From a virus, in the IMG/VR virus record IMGVR_UViG_3300027749_000058, positions 46,936 to 110,935 of that record: 64,000 nucleotides of DNA; one strand, given 5' to 3'. The translations under genes were made by a program, and so were the position numbers. Numbering within the stretch: position 1 is the stretch's first letter; each line of letters starts with the position of its first letter. The notes beneath the pieces are model-generated. The model was given only the letters and a program-made list of their open reading frames with translations. It was not told the DNA's origin and ran no database searches. Of this stretch, positions 15,149 to 24,445 are shown in pieces.

Positions 15149-16638
15149 AGAGCTCTTAATTCACCATTTTTAAATGATTCAAAATTTGGACCAGGTATTA
15201 TAATAAAACGTCTACCTTCTCTTTTGTATTGGATAATACCTGCCAAAACAGCGGCAGAAAAGAATGATGAATATTGACCATCCCACCTACTTGCCGCTGA
15301 AAATTCAGAACTTCCTGGTCTGGCATATTCTTTTTTACCATCAACAACTCTTGATTTAAGAGTACCGATATATTCCAAGAAATCTAATTTTGTTCCATTA
15401 TCATATCCCGCATCTAAATAATCAACCATTTTTTTAATCATTCCTTTGTTTTTACCAAAGGTATAACCGCTATTTGGTTTGTTCCAAACTTTTGATGTTT
15501 CTGTACCAGATGCTTTTCGAACAAGTTTTGGGTTATTTTGAACATGTGTTAATATTCTGCTGCCAATATGTTTTCTAATTCCTTCGGCCATTTGAGAAAT
15601 AGTGTTTTGAATAATGTAAGTTGAATCAATTCCCCATTCTTCTAAACCGAGGTCTACATGATATGGTGTATTATCGTCACTCATAAACCCTATACTAGCA
15701 GTAAATGACTTAGTATCTTTAGTATCATATTTAATAAACATTTGATATTCATCAAAGAATCTGTTAGTACTCTTTGAATCAATTAATGATACTGTAACCA
15801 TACCTCCAGAACGTCCAAAATCAAAATTAGGAATATTTTCAAATCCTCTTACAAATACTGATAAAGTATAAGTTGATTGTAAATAATTTTTAATGTCTAC
15901 TGAGGTGTAACCCATTGAGTTAAAAACTGATATTAATAGTTTGGAAGTACCACTTGTTCTAATTATTTCATAATCTTTGTTAATTGCATCTATTATTTCA
16001 GGAAATGCGTAATTCATAACATCAATTTCTCTTTGGTTCATTGGTACGTCTTGAGAATCATAATATCTTGTATGTCCTTCATTATCAAAATGAATTGCAA
16101 TTTTTGAATAAGTTCTGTTTGTGGAATTGTCTTTGTTAATAATAAAATAAAGGGCTTGGTTACCTTGAGTATATCTTCCAAAATGTCCTGAGCTATGTGA
16201 GGATACACACCATTTTGTGTTGTAACCGTATTTACAGGAAGCTTCCTCGGTTTTTGGTTTTATAACTAAAAACTTATTATCTTCGTAAATCTTATCAGCT
16301 TGTTTTTCTAATTCTTTCTCTTTTTCTTTCTCATGAAATGGTTTTAAAGCTTCTTCCAATTCAGAAAAAGTATTGTATTGATTGATATCTTTCTTTTTTA
16401 ATTGAGATTGGTATTTGTCAAAATCTTTTACTAAATCAACGGCAATATCAACATTCATGTCAATATCCGAATTTGGGTCTAAAACCTTTAAGATAAAATC
16501 TGTGTATTTGTGATTAAAATCTTGTAAATCAGAAATACCCAACACAAAGTCTAACACTTCATCATCAAACTTGCTTGAATATTTTTTCTTTAAATCTTCT
16601 TTTCTACCTTCTTTAACAAGGATTGATATTAATTTCAT
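15145..16638 (-). CDS. hypothetical jumbo-phage protein, probable head-packaged protein
   Basis: MKLISILVKE leader; PKTEEASCKYGYNTKWCVS motif. Confidence 0.7.
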   Translation of the reverse strand: MKLISILVKEGRKEDLKKKYSSKFDDEVLDFVLGISDLQDFNHKYTDFILKVLDPNSDIDMNVDIAVDLVKDFDKYQSQLKKKDINQYNTFSELEEALKPFHEKEKEKELEKQADKIYEDNKFLVIKPKTEEASCKYGYNTKWCVSSHSSGHFGRYTQGNQALYFIINKDNSTNRTYSKIAIHFDNEGHTRYYDSQDVPMNQREIDVMNYAFPEIIDAINKDYEIIRTSGTSKLLISVFNSMGYTSVDIKNYLQSTYTLSVFVRGFENIPNFDFGRSGGMVTVSLIDSKSTNRFFDEYQMFIKYDTKDTKSFTASIGFMSDDNTPYHVDLGLEEWGIDSTYIIQNTISQMAEGIRKHIGSRILTHVQNNPKLVRKASGTETSKVWNKPNSGYTFGKNKGMIKKMVDYLDAGYDNGTKLDFLEYIGTLKSRVVDGKKEYARPGSSEFSAASRWDGQYSSFFSAAVLAGIIQYKREGRRFIIIPGPNFESFKNGELRAL

Positions 16639-16659
16639 ACAAATAAATATACCAATAAG

Positions 16660-17010
16660 TTACTTCCAAAGAAATTGGATTGATAATATTATAAAACATA
16701 AGAATAGACATACTGATGTTTTTAATGTTAAAGGTTCTTTGAGTAGAAACCAAGACATTGCAGTAAAAACTATAACACCCAAACTAAACCCTATTAGACG
16801 ATTTGGCCACGTTTGTCCTCCCCACAGTTCGACCATTGTTCTGCTTGCCATAATGACGTAATACCCTATAGGAATCCCTAATATTGCCATAATCATTGGG
16901 TTGTCTTTTATCCATTTATTAAAGAGATGTCCTTGTAGTTGGTAAAATGTGAAAACTTGCGACACTAAATAAACAAATAAGACAAAAAAAATTGATGATA
17001 CCTTATTCAT
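16660..17010 (-). CDS. DMT/SMR-like small 4-TM protein
   Basis: Four hydrophobic segments ending WFLLKEPLTLKTSVCL; start moved to 17010 (track ORF extends into tmRNA). Confidence 0.65.
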   Translation of the reverse strand: MNKVSSIFFVLFVYLVSQVFTFYQLQGHLFNKWIKDNPMIMAILGIPIGYYVIMASRTMVELWGGQTWPNRLIGFSLGVIVFTAMSWFLLKEPLTLKTSVCLFLCFIILSIQFLWK

Positions 17011-17037
17011 TTTGTAATGATAATAAAATAAATGAAA

Positions 17038-17068
17038 TAAAAAAGGGTTCAAAATAGAACCCTTTTTT
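17038..17068 (-). terminator. terminator after tmRNA
   Basis: AAAAAGGGTTC / GAACCCTTTTTT. Confidence 0.75.
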
Positions 17069-17074
17069 ATTATG

Positions 17075-17470
17075 TGGTGGAGGTGCAGGATTCCGCCTCC
17101 TGGTCTTGTTCGCCACACCATAGATGGACTACACGTTTAGTACAACATCGGTTCTCAATGTTACGAAATATTAGGTTTGATATAAGTGAGAAACTAACCT
17201 ACAAACAACTTGGTCTCAGAGTTATTTTAGAGGAGCTCTGACCTGTGACCCCTTTGACTCATTTCTGTTCCAAGGTACGTATGAGAAACCCCGTGGTTGT
17301 TCTCTACAATTAAGCAGCAACAACAACAGCTTCTCTAGTTAAACCTAAAGTAGCCATTTTAGACAATGTATTGTCATTTGAATTTTATCATCATAGATTT
17401 AAGTCATAGATGAAGTTTGACTACGTGCCCATTTACCATATAAACGCCAATCAATGCTAACGTCACCCCC
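17075..17470 (-). ncRNA. ssrA: tmRNA
   Basis: 5' GGGGGTGA pairs with 3' CACCTCC-ACCA with G3:U70; tag ORF 17375-17310 DNTLSKMATLGLTREAVVVAA*; TATCTTTG and boxA-like element upstream. Confidence 0.93.
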
Positions 17471-17543
17471 ATATGTTAAAGAACTTATTCAAAGATAAGT
17501 ATAAATATTGAAATTCCAAATAAAACCGGTATTTATAAACAAT

Positions 17544-18584
17544 ATGGCATCATTTGACACATTTATGGCTTTGAGGGATTACGTTAAAGGTAAAATCCAA
17601 AAATCAGAATTAGAGGATTCTGATCCAGACATTTATCATGTTCGAGAAGACAGGTCTAACCGTGGACAAAGCGTTATTAAAATAGGTTTTAATGATGATA
17701 AATTTTGGGAAAAAGTAGGTTTACACGAAGATGATGTTTGGTTTATGAAGATGCTTAAATCACCTTATTCGGATTATGAGTTTAGGGATTCGTATAGTGT
17801 TACTGATGATTTTAGAAATGGGTATATCATTTTTTATGACTTTAATGAGGATAATATTGAAAAATTAAAACGAATATCAAGATACATTTATCCTAAAAAA
17901 TTTGACTTGGAGAATGAAGATTTTAGGTGTGACTTTGCCGACAAATTATTAAGTTCATTTAAAAGTCAAACTCAAGATATTATTTACGACTACCAAACTG
18001 AAAAAAATAGGGAAATGACACAAGTTGCTGAAGAAAGCATTGATAAAGAGTTAAATAACTATTTTAATGAATTTGGGTTTACCTTTGTAGCTGACGATGA
18101 ATTTACAACAACTGTCGCAAATCTCATGATGTGGTATATCAGGGAAAATTCATTACAACTCTCAATTTCAGAATTATTACCTAAAATTTTTAGTTCAAGT
18201 AAACTTTCAATAGGTGGATGGCAAGAAAATTCTTATGAATTTCAAGATTCTGAAAAATTTGATAGTATTTCATTTAATAATTATGCTGAACGTAAATTAG
18301 ATGAAATAATTGAAAAGATTGAAGATGGTGCGGATGATGATTTTAATATGCAAGATTATATTGCTATGATAGATAGAGTTAGTAAAAAGTTTGAGGTCGG
18401 TAGATGGTATAATTTACCAAAAAAGAAAGATATTAGGTTTTATGTTGAAAATTTTGAAATGAACCCAAATAAGGTTGTCGTTAAACTTTCTAGGGCACTC
18501 CAACAAAAAAAATTAAAATTAAGTGAAGAGAATTTTTACCACTTACTTTATCAACCTACATTATTTAATTTGGAAGAAATATAA
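17544..18584 (+). CDS. hypothetical protein
   Basis: Long ORF; TATTTATA upstream of ATG 17544. Confidence 0.7.
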   Translation: MASFDTFMALRDYVKGKIQKSELEDSDPDIYHVREDRSNRGQSVIKIGFNDDKFWEKVGLHEDDVWFMKMLKSPYSDYEFRDSYSVTDDFRNGYIIFYDFNEDNIEKLKRISRYIYPKKFDLENEDFRCDFADKLLSSFKSQTQDIIYDYQTEKNREMTQVAEESIDKELNNYFNEFGFTFVADDEFTTTVANLMMWYIRENSLQLSISELLPKIFSSSKLSIGGWQENSYEFQDSEKFDSISFNNYAERKLDEIIEKIEDGADDDFNMQDYIAMIDRVSKKFEVGRWYNLPKKKDIRFYVENFEMNPNKVVVKLSRALQQKKLKLSEENFYHLLYQPTLFNLEEI

Positions 18585-18604
18585 TTTTTTTGTATCTTTG
18601 TTAT

Positions 18605-19447
18605 ATGATACAAGATTTACAATTACTTAAAGACGTTTTAAGCGTCCCCACCAAAACATATCAAGAAGACCTAATGGTTCAATACTTGGTTAATTGGTTA
18701 ACAGAAAACAATATCGAGTATTTTGTTGATGAATATAAGAATGTTTATGCAACAAAACAAGAATCGGTATTAATTCCAGAAAATTTCTATTTTCCGTGTG
18801 TGGTTGCGCATACAGATACTGTTCACAATATTGATGTAATCAATATTCGAGAAGAAATGTTACCAAATACTCAAGGTGAGTTAAAGTTGTCTTATAAGGC
18901 ATATAATGACGATCAACTCCCAACAGGTATTGGTGGTGATGATAAATGTGGTGTATTTGCGTGTTTAACTCTACTAAAAGAATTACCTTATTTAAAGGCG
19001 GCATTTTTTGTATCTGAAGAAACAGGTTGTCATGGTTCCATGAAAGCGAAAGAAGAATTTTTCACAAATGTTGGATATGGTATTCAGTTTGATGCTCCTG
19101 AAAATTGGATGATTACTGAAAAATGTTTTGGACAGGTTTTATTTGATAGAGATTCTGAATTTTTTGAAGCTTGTGATAAAGTATTAACTGAAGGAATGGT
19201 TAATGAAGATATGCAATATATGGTTCATCCATATACCGATGTTTATGCTTTAAGAGGAAAATTCAATTTTTCTTGTATTAATTTTTCAATAGGATATTAT
19301 AGATATCATACTGCTAATGAGTATGTAGTTGTTGAAGATGTGTTTAACGGAATTAATATGGGTCGTAAGATGATATCAAATCTTGGATACAAATTACACT
19401 ACAAAGAGGCTAAAGTATATGATTGGAAAAGTAGAAGTGTTTTTTAA
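18605..19447 (+). CDS. M20/M28/M42-family zinc peptidase
   Basis: VAHTDTVH, GGDDKCGV, SEETGC, QFD, YHT. Confidence 0.88.
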   Translation: MIQDLQLLKDVLSVPTKTYQEDLMVQYLVNWLTENNIEYFVDEYKNVYATKQESVLIPENFYFPCVVAHTDTVHNIDVINIREEMLPNTQGELKLSYKAYNDDQLPTGIGGDDKCGVFACLTLLKELPYLKAAFFVSEETGCHGSMKAKEEFFTNVGYGIQFDAPENWMITEKCFGQVLFDRDSEFFEACDKVLTEGMVNEDMQYMVHPYTDVYALRGKFNFSCINFSIGYYRYHTANEYVVVEDVFNGINMGRKMISNLGYKLHYKEAKVYDWKSRSVF

Positions 19448-20124
19448 ATAAAATCTTCTAACTTATCTAAATATTTTTTTACCATCGGGTGATCGGCAAT
19501 ATCTGAATATTCCTCACCCGATTTTTTTATTTGTTTTATTTGGTCAATTATTTGTCTTAACGACATTTCAACCATTCTGGACATAGATGGATAATTTTCA
19601 ATGTAAGAAGACAACTTAAATTGACTCTTTGCGAATTCTATTGGGATATTAAGTTTAATCACTAATTTGGCAACCATTTGTTTTGCGAATCTATCTGCAT
19701 CTAATTCTAGATTCCAATATTCTTCATATAACTTTTCAAAGTCTTCTAAATCACCCGTTAATGGGTTTTCTAATTTGAACTTAGTCATTTGTTCTTCGTG
19801 TCTTATTTCGTGAAATATGGTATAAAGAAAATCACCTATTGTAATCATATTTCTAGGTGCACAGATAATGATTTGGTCTCTTGTTCTTACACCTGAATAT
19901 CCAGGACAAGCGTTCAAGAACTTAATCGTGAAGTTATTTTCTTGTATATAATTTTTAACAAAGTTTTTAATTTCCGAAACTTTTTCTTTTTGGTCTATAG
20001 GAAAGCTTCGTTTAAAATGATTCACTAATCTATCAAAATTAGAAATTTTTGGTGTATTATCATGTCCACTTGATTCTAAATTTGTGACAGATTCTAATAA
20101 AACTTTTCTGATTAAATATTTCAT
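19444..20124 (-). CDS. putative zincin metallopeptidase
   Basis: IFHEIRHEEQ (HExxH) and ELDADRFA; MKYLIRKVLLES leader. Confidence 0.7.
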   Translation of the reverse strand: MKYLIRKVLLESVTNLESSGHDNTPKISNFDRLVNHFKRSFPIDQKEKVSEIKNFVKNYIQENNFTIKFLNACPGYSGVRTRDQIIICAPRNMITIGDFLYTIFHEIRHEEQMTKFKLENPLTGDLEDFEKLYEEYWNLELDADRFAKQMVAKLVIKLNIPIEFAKSQFKLSSYIENYPSMSRMVEMSLRQIIDQIKQIKKSGEEYSDIADHPMVKKYLDKLEDFI

Positions 20125-20175
20125 TAGTTATAAATATAACAAACCCCCACATTTCTGTGAGGGTTATGTTTTAGG

Positions 20176-22191
20176 TTATTTACCTTTCTTCTGTATCTTG
20201 ATTTCTTCACCTTCTACTTTTATTGTATAAGTTTTACCTTCAATCATTTTACCTGTTAATACTTCTTCGGATAATAGGTCTTCGACCTTATCTTGAATTG
20301 CTCTTTTAAGAGGTCTTGCTCCATAAGATTCGTCAAATCCTACTTTTGCAAGATATTCAATCAAGGTATCATCATAAGTGATGGTGTATTTCATGTCTTT
20401 AAGACGATGCACCAATTTCTTAAGTTCAATATCAGTAATTTTCTTAATATCTTCAGGACTTAATGAATTGAATATAATTGTATCATCAATACGGTTCAAG
20501 AATTCAGGAGAGAAGAAATTTTTCATTTCTTTCATCAATACTTGTTTTTTAGCTTCCTCATTTGCATATACATTATTTGAGAAACCAATACCTGTACCAA
20601 AGTCTTGTAATTTTTTAACACCCAAGTTTGAGGTTAAAATAATTAATGTGTTCTTGAAATTAATTTTTCTACCAAGACTATCTGTTGCGTGTCCATCATC
20701 CAAGATTTGTAGTAAGATAGAAAACACATCTTTATGTGCTTTTTCTACTTCATCAAATAAGATTACTGAATATGGTTTGTTTTTAACTTTTTCAGTTAAT
20801 TGCCCACCTTCTTCATATCCAACATATCCTGGAGGAGCTCCCACCAATTTGGATATTGTATGTTTTTCTTGGTATTCACTCATATCCACACGGATTAAGG
20901 AATCTTCAGAACCAAACATTTCTTTTGCCAATTGTTTTGCCAAGTGTGTTTTACCTACACCAGTTGAACCTAAGAATATAAATGAACCAATTGGACGGTT
21001 AGGGTCTTTAATTCCCAATCTGTTTCTTTTGATTGATTTTGCAATCTTGATAACTGCGGCATCTTGACCAATTACCTTACCCATTAATTCTTTATCTAAA
21101 TTAATTAATGCGTTTTTATCATCAACATTCATTCTATTCACAGGAATTTTTACCATACTAGATACAACATCATATACGTTTTCAAGTGAGATTATTTTCT
21201 TGTCTTTTGATTGTTCTTCTTCAAACTTATTTTTTTCGCTTTCAAGTTTGGTCAACAATTTCTTTTCTTTATCGCGTAAATCTGCAGCTTGTTCGTAGTT
21301 TTGTTTTTTAACTACATCAATTTTTAATTGCTTAAGTTCCAATGCCTTTCTTTTTAAATCTTCAATTATTTCAGGAACTTTTATGTCGGTTTGCATACGA
21401 GCTCCAACTTCATCCAAGACATCAAATGCTTTATCAGGAAATTCACGTTCAGTAATATATCTGTCTGCCAATTTCACACAAGCTTCAATAATTTCATCAG
21501 AATAAGATACTTTATGAAATGTTTCGTATTTTTCACGAACATTTTTAAGAATTTGAATTGTTTCTACAACCGTAGATGGGTCAACAATTACCTTTTGAAA
21601 CCTGCGTTCCAACGCTCCGTCTTTTTCAATATTTTTGCGGAATTCATCAAGAGTTGTTGCTCCGATACATTGTAATTCACCACGAGATAATGCTGGTTTG
21701 AAAATATTGGAACCATCCATTGAACCTGCCGAATTACCTGACCCAACAAGAGTATGTATCTCATCAATGAAGATGATGATGTTTGGGTTTGCCTGAAGTT
21801 CTTCAATAATTACCTTCATTCTTTCTTCAAACTGACCACGATATTTTGTGCCAGCAACAACTGAAGTTAAATCAAGATTTACGATTCTTTTATCAATAAG
21901 ATTTTTTGGACATTCTCCACTTACAATCTTCATCGCCAAACCTTCAACAATTGCAGTTTTACCACAACCAGGTTCTCCTATAATAATAGGGTTATTTTTC
22001 TTTCTACGAGATAAGATTTGAGCTATTCTCAAAATCTCTTTATCACGTCCAATAACAGGATCTAACTTACCGGCTTCAGCCAATTTATTTAAATCCCTAC
22101 TGAAATTATCCAATACAGGTGTGTTACTGTCTGAATTTTGTTTTTCTTTTTTACTCATTATTTTGTCGTCATCATCAATAATATCATTCAT
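20176..22191 (-). CDS. clpC: ClpC-type AAA+ unfoldase lacking the N-terminal Clp-repeat domain
   Basis: Two Walker A motifs (GEPGCGKT, GSTGVGKT), UVR coil QNYEQAADLRDKE, GYVG pore loop, GIGF ClpP-docking loop. Confidence 0.92.
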   Translation of the reverse strand: MNDIIDDDDKIMSKKEKQNSDSNTPVLDNFSRDLNKLAEAGKLDPVIGRDKEILRIAQILSRRKKNNPIIIGEPGCGKTAIVEGLAMKIVSGECPKNLIDKRIVNLDLTSVVAGTKYRGQFEERMKVIIEELQANPNIIIFIDEIHTLVGSGNSAGSMDGSNIFKPALSRGELQCIGATTLDEFRKNIEKDGALERRFQKVIVDPSTVVETIQILKNVREKYETFHKVSYSDEIIEACVKLADRYITEREFPDKAFDVLDEVGARMQTDIKVPEIIEDLKRKALELKQLKIDVVKKQNYEQAADLRDKEKKLLTKLESEKNKFEEEQSKDKKIISLENVYDVVSSMVKIPVNRMNVDDKNALINLDKELMGKVIGQDAAVIKIAKSIKRNRLGIKDPNRPIGSFIFLGSTGVGKTHLAKQLAKEMFGSEDSLIRVDMSEYQEKHTISKLVGAPPGYVGYEEGGQLTEKVKNKPYSVILFDEVEKAHKDVFSILLQILDDGHATDSLGRKINFKNTLIILTSNLGVKKLQDFGTGIGFSNNVYANEEAKKQVLMKEMKNFFSPEFLNRIDDTIIFNSLSPEDIKKITDIELKKLVHRLKDMKYTITYDDTLIEYLAKVGFDESYGARPLKRAIQDKVEDLLSEEVLTGKMIEGKTYTIKVEGEEIKIQKKGK

Positions 22192-22245
22192 AGTTAATTA
22201 ATTTTTACAAAGGTGTATCAAATTTGGGACATTACCAAATTATTA

Positions 22246-22345
22246 GACAAATTGTCGGTAATATTTTTTTTAACTGACATATTGTCGTATTTGTGATTCG
22301 ATAACTGAAAATTTTTCAGTTTATTTATGGTGGTATATAGTTTGA
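22246..22345 (+). promoter_or_regulatory. sigma54-like promoter with three upstream palindromic operator sites
   Basis: GACAAATTGTC (22246), GACATATTGTC (22276), ACTGAAAATTTTTCAGT (22304); TGG-N10-GA at 22331-22345. Confidence 0.55.
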
Positions 22346-22390
22346 TTATGTAAAGATAATCAAATAAATTAAAAAAAAAACAAAACAATT

Positions 22391-22786
22391 ATGATTTACG
22401 GTACTACAAATTTTAATGACATGATAGACCATGTTTTTGGTAGACAACCAAATAACTATTATGCAACTTCAGTAACAACTAAAACATCTGATGATGAGAA
22501 CTATGAGATAAACCATACTAAAGATGGTGCATATCTTTTCTTCAAAGCCGCGGGCTTTAATAAATCAAATCTAAAAGTTGAAATGGAAAGTGGTATTATC
22601 CATATCGAAGGAAAAAGAGTTTATAAATTAAATGGTGAAGAAAAAACCAAATCAATTTCTAAACAATTTAAAATCGGAGATACATATAACCCAACTTCCA
22701 TCGAGGCAACCATCGAAGATGGACTTTTAACGGTATTCGTACCTAATTACAAAAAACAAGAAAAGAAAAGAATAAACCTTCTCTAA
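22391..22786 (+). CDS. small heat-shock protein (Hsp20/alpha-crystallin)
   Basis: AAGFNKSNLKVEM..IHIEG..IEATIEDGLLTVFVP. Confidence 0.9.
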   Translation: MIYGTTNFNDMIDHVFGRQPNNYYATSVTTKTSDDENYEINHTKDGAYLFFKAAGFNKSNLKVEMESGIIHIEGKRVYKLNGEEKTKSISKQFKIGDTYNPTSIEATIEDGLLTVFVPNYKKQEKKRINLL

Positions 22787-22847
22787 TCGATCTCATTAAC
22801 AGATAAACCCTCATCATTTTTTTGGTGGGGGTTTATATTTATGTTTA

Positions 22848-23183
22848 ATGAAACCATTTGAAAAATTTTTAGAACATAGCACATCATTAAGAGAATTATT
22901 GGACACTTATCTTGAATTAAGACAACATTTCCAAGAACTTGGATTTAGTGAAGAAGATTTAATTAGTCCACCAACATATACTCAAAAAATGATGTCTTTA
23001 TATCATAAATTTGATACCACACAAAAGGCTTTATTTCAACAAGTAAAAGACTATGGTTTTAATATAAATCTGAATGATTTTACTGGTTATACCACAAAAT
23101 TATTATCTAAAATTGATAAATTAACACCACTTAAAGAAAATGGCAATAACAAAAGAAGAAATCAAGGGGACAAAGATTATTAA
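22848..23183 (+). CDS. hypothetical protein
   Basis: TATTTAT 5 nt before ATG. Confidence 0.6.
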   Translation: MKPFEKFLEHSTSLRELLDTYLELRQHFQELGFSEEDLISPPTYTQKMMSLYHKFDTTQKALFQQVKDYGFNINLNDFTGYTTKLLSKIDKLTPLKENGNNKRRNQGDKDY

Positions 23184-23382
23184 CGAAATCAAATCGTCCA
23201 ATATTAAGAAAACAGAATACGATATAGAAACCAAAAAATTGATTGCAGAATTCAATAATGGTTTAAAATATCAATACGATAATGTACCTCATCAGGTATA
23301 TACAGCCTTCAGAAAGGCCCAATCTCAGGGTCAATTTTTCACTACAGATATTTCAAAGAAATATACTTATAAAAAAGTGTAG
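23140..23382 (+). CDS. KTSC domain protein
   Basis: SSNIKKTEYD..LIAEFNNG..YQYDNVP..AQSQGQFF. Confidence 0.9.
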   Translation: MAITKEEIKGTKIINEIKSSNIKKTEYDIETKKLIAEFNNGLKYQYDNVPHQVYTAFRKAQSQGQFFTTDISKKYTYKKV

Positions 23383-23403
23383 CTTATTGAGTATTTATAT
23401 GTG

Positions 23404-24156
23404 ATGAGTAATACCCAAAAAATTCTTGATAGTTTTTCCGTAAAAGAAACTCTTAACCCAAAAGTATGGGAAAATTGTGAAAGCGCAGAAAATGCAACAA
23501 TGAAACCCAAAGTTAGACAGGCTCTTATGCGTATTGCAGAAGAATTTATTGAAGATTTGGGTGATGATGTATTTGTTGAAGAAATTTATCTTATGGGATC
23601 ATTAGCAAATTTTAATTGGTCAGAATATTCTGATTTTGATTTACACGTTATTGTTGATTTTGAAAGATATGGAAAACAAGAAGACCTTTATAAAGAACTT
23701 TTTGATTTAAAAAAGAAACTTTTTAACGACAAACACAATATTAAAATTTTTGGATATGACGTTGAAGTTTATGCTCAAGGAACTTCCGATGAAGCTCATA
23801 GTGATGGTGTTTATTCTGTTATGAATAACGAATGGATTCACAAGCCAAAAAAGACACATAAAAATTTAGATATGTCAGTTTTAAAAACCAAAATAAAAAG
23901 TTGGACAGATAAAATTGATGACTCAATTGAAGAAGCAAAATCTGAAGGAAATACTGAAACTTTAAAGAGGTTAAAAGATAAACTAAAAGAGTATAGACAA
24001 TCAGGGTTAGATAAAGATGGAGAGTTTTCTTATGAGAATTTGGTTTTTAAATATTTAAGAAGATCAGGTCATATCGGTAAACTTTTTGACGAAAAAACTA
24101 AAATAAAAGATAAAGAGTTGTCTATAGAAACACAAATTCAAGAAATCCGTAAATAA
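23404..24156 (+). CDS. Pol-beta-superfamily nucleotidyltransferase
   Basis: GSLANFNWSEYSDFDLHV (GS..DxD) and VEVY. Confidence 0.8.
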   Translation: MSNTQKILDSFSVKETLNPKVWENCESAENATMKPKVRQALMRIAEEFIEDLGDDVFVEEIYLMGSLANFNWSEYSDFDLHVIVDFERYGKQEDLYKELFDLKKKLFNDKHNIKIFGYDVEVYAQGTSDEAHSDGVYSVMNNEWIHKPKKTHKNLDMSVLKTKIKSWTDKIDDSIEEAKSEGNTETLKRLKDKLKEYRQSGLDKDGEFSYENLVFKYLRRSGHIGKLFDEKTKIKDKELSIETQIQEIRK

Positions 24157-24196
24157 TTAGTATAAATCATATATTTATAAAGAAAAAAAAACTTAG

Positions 24197-24424
24197 ATGC
24201 CAAGTCCAACTCCAACACCAAGTTCAACACCTTTTTATACAGGTATATCAGTAAACGCTATTTACGAATACACTAATGATATGTTTGGTTCTTTTAGTGG
24301 TGGAACTTGGCAACCATCTTACGGTCCAGTACCACATGCAATATATACCAATAATAATGGTACCGAAGCTGTCGTTCAATTAAACGCAATATCTCTTGGA
24401 GGATTTAACGGATTAAATAATTAA
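24197..24424 (+). CDS. small putative virion protein
   Basis: PSPTPTP N-terminus; late motif upstream. Confidence 0.55.
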   Translation: MPSPTPTPSSTPFYTGISVNAIYEYTNDMFGSFSGGTWQPSYGPVPHAIYTNNNGTEAVVQLNAISLGGFNGLNN

Positions 24425-24445
24425 AAAAATTTAAAAATACAAAAT

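Noticed and set aside
20378-21806. ORFs antisense or off-frame to clpC, and similar short shadow ORFs inside terminase, portal, scaffold, MCP and GT genes
   Set aside because: Fully nested in well-supported genes, with atypical composition and no expression signals
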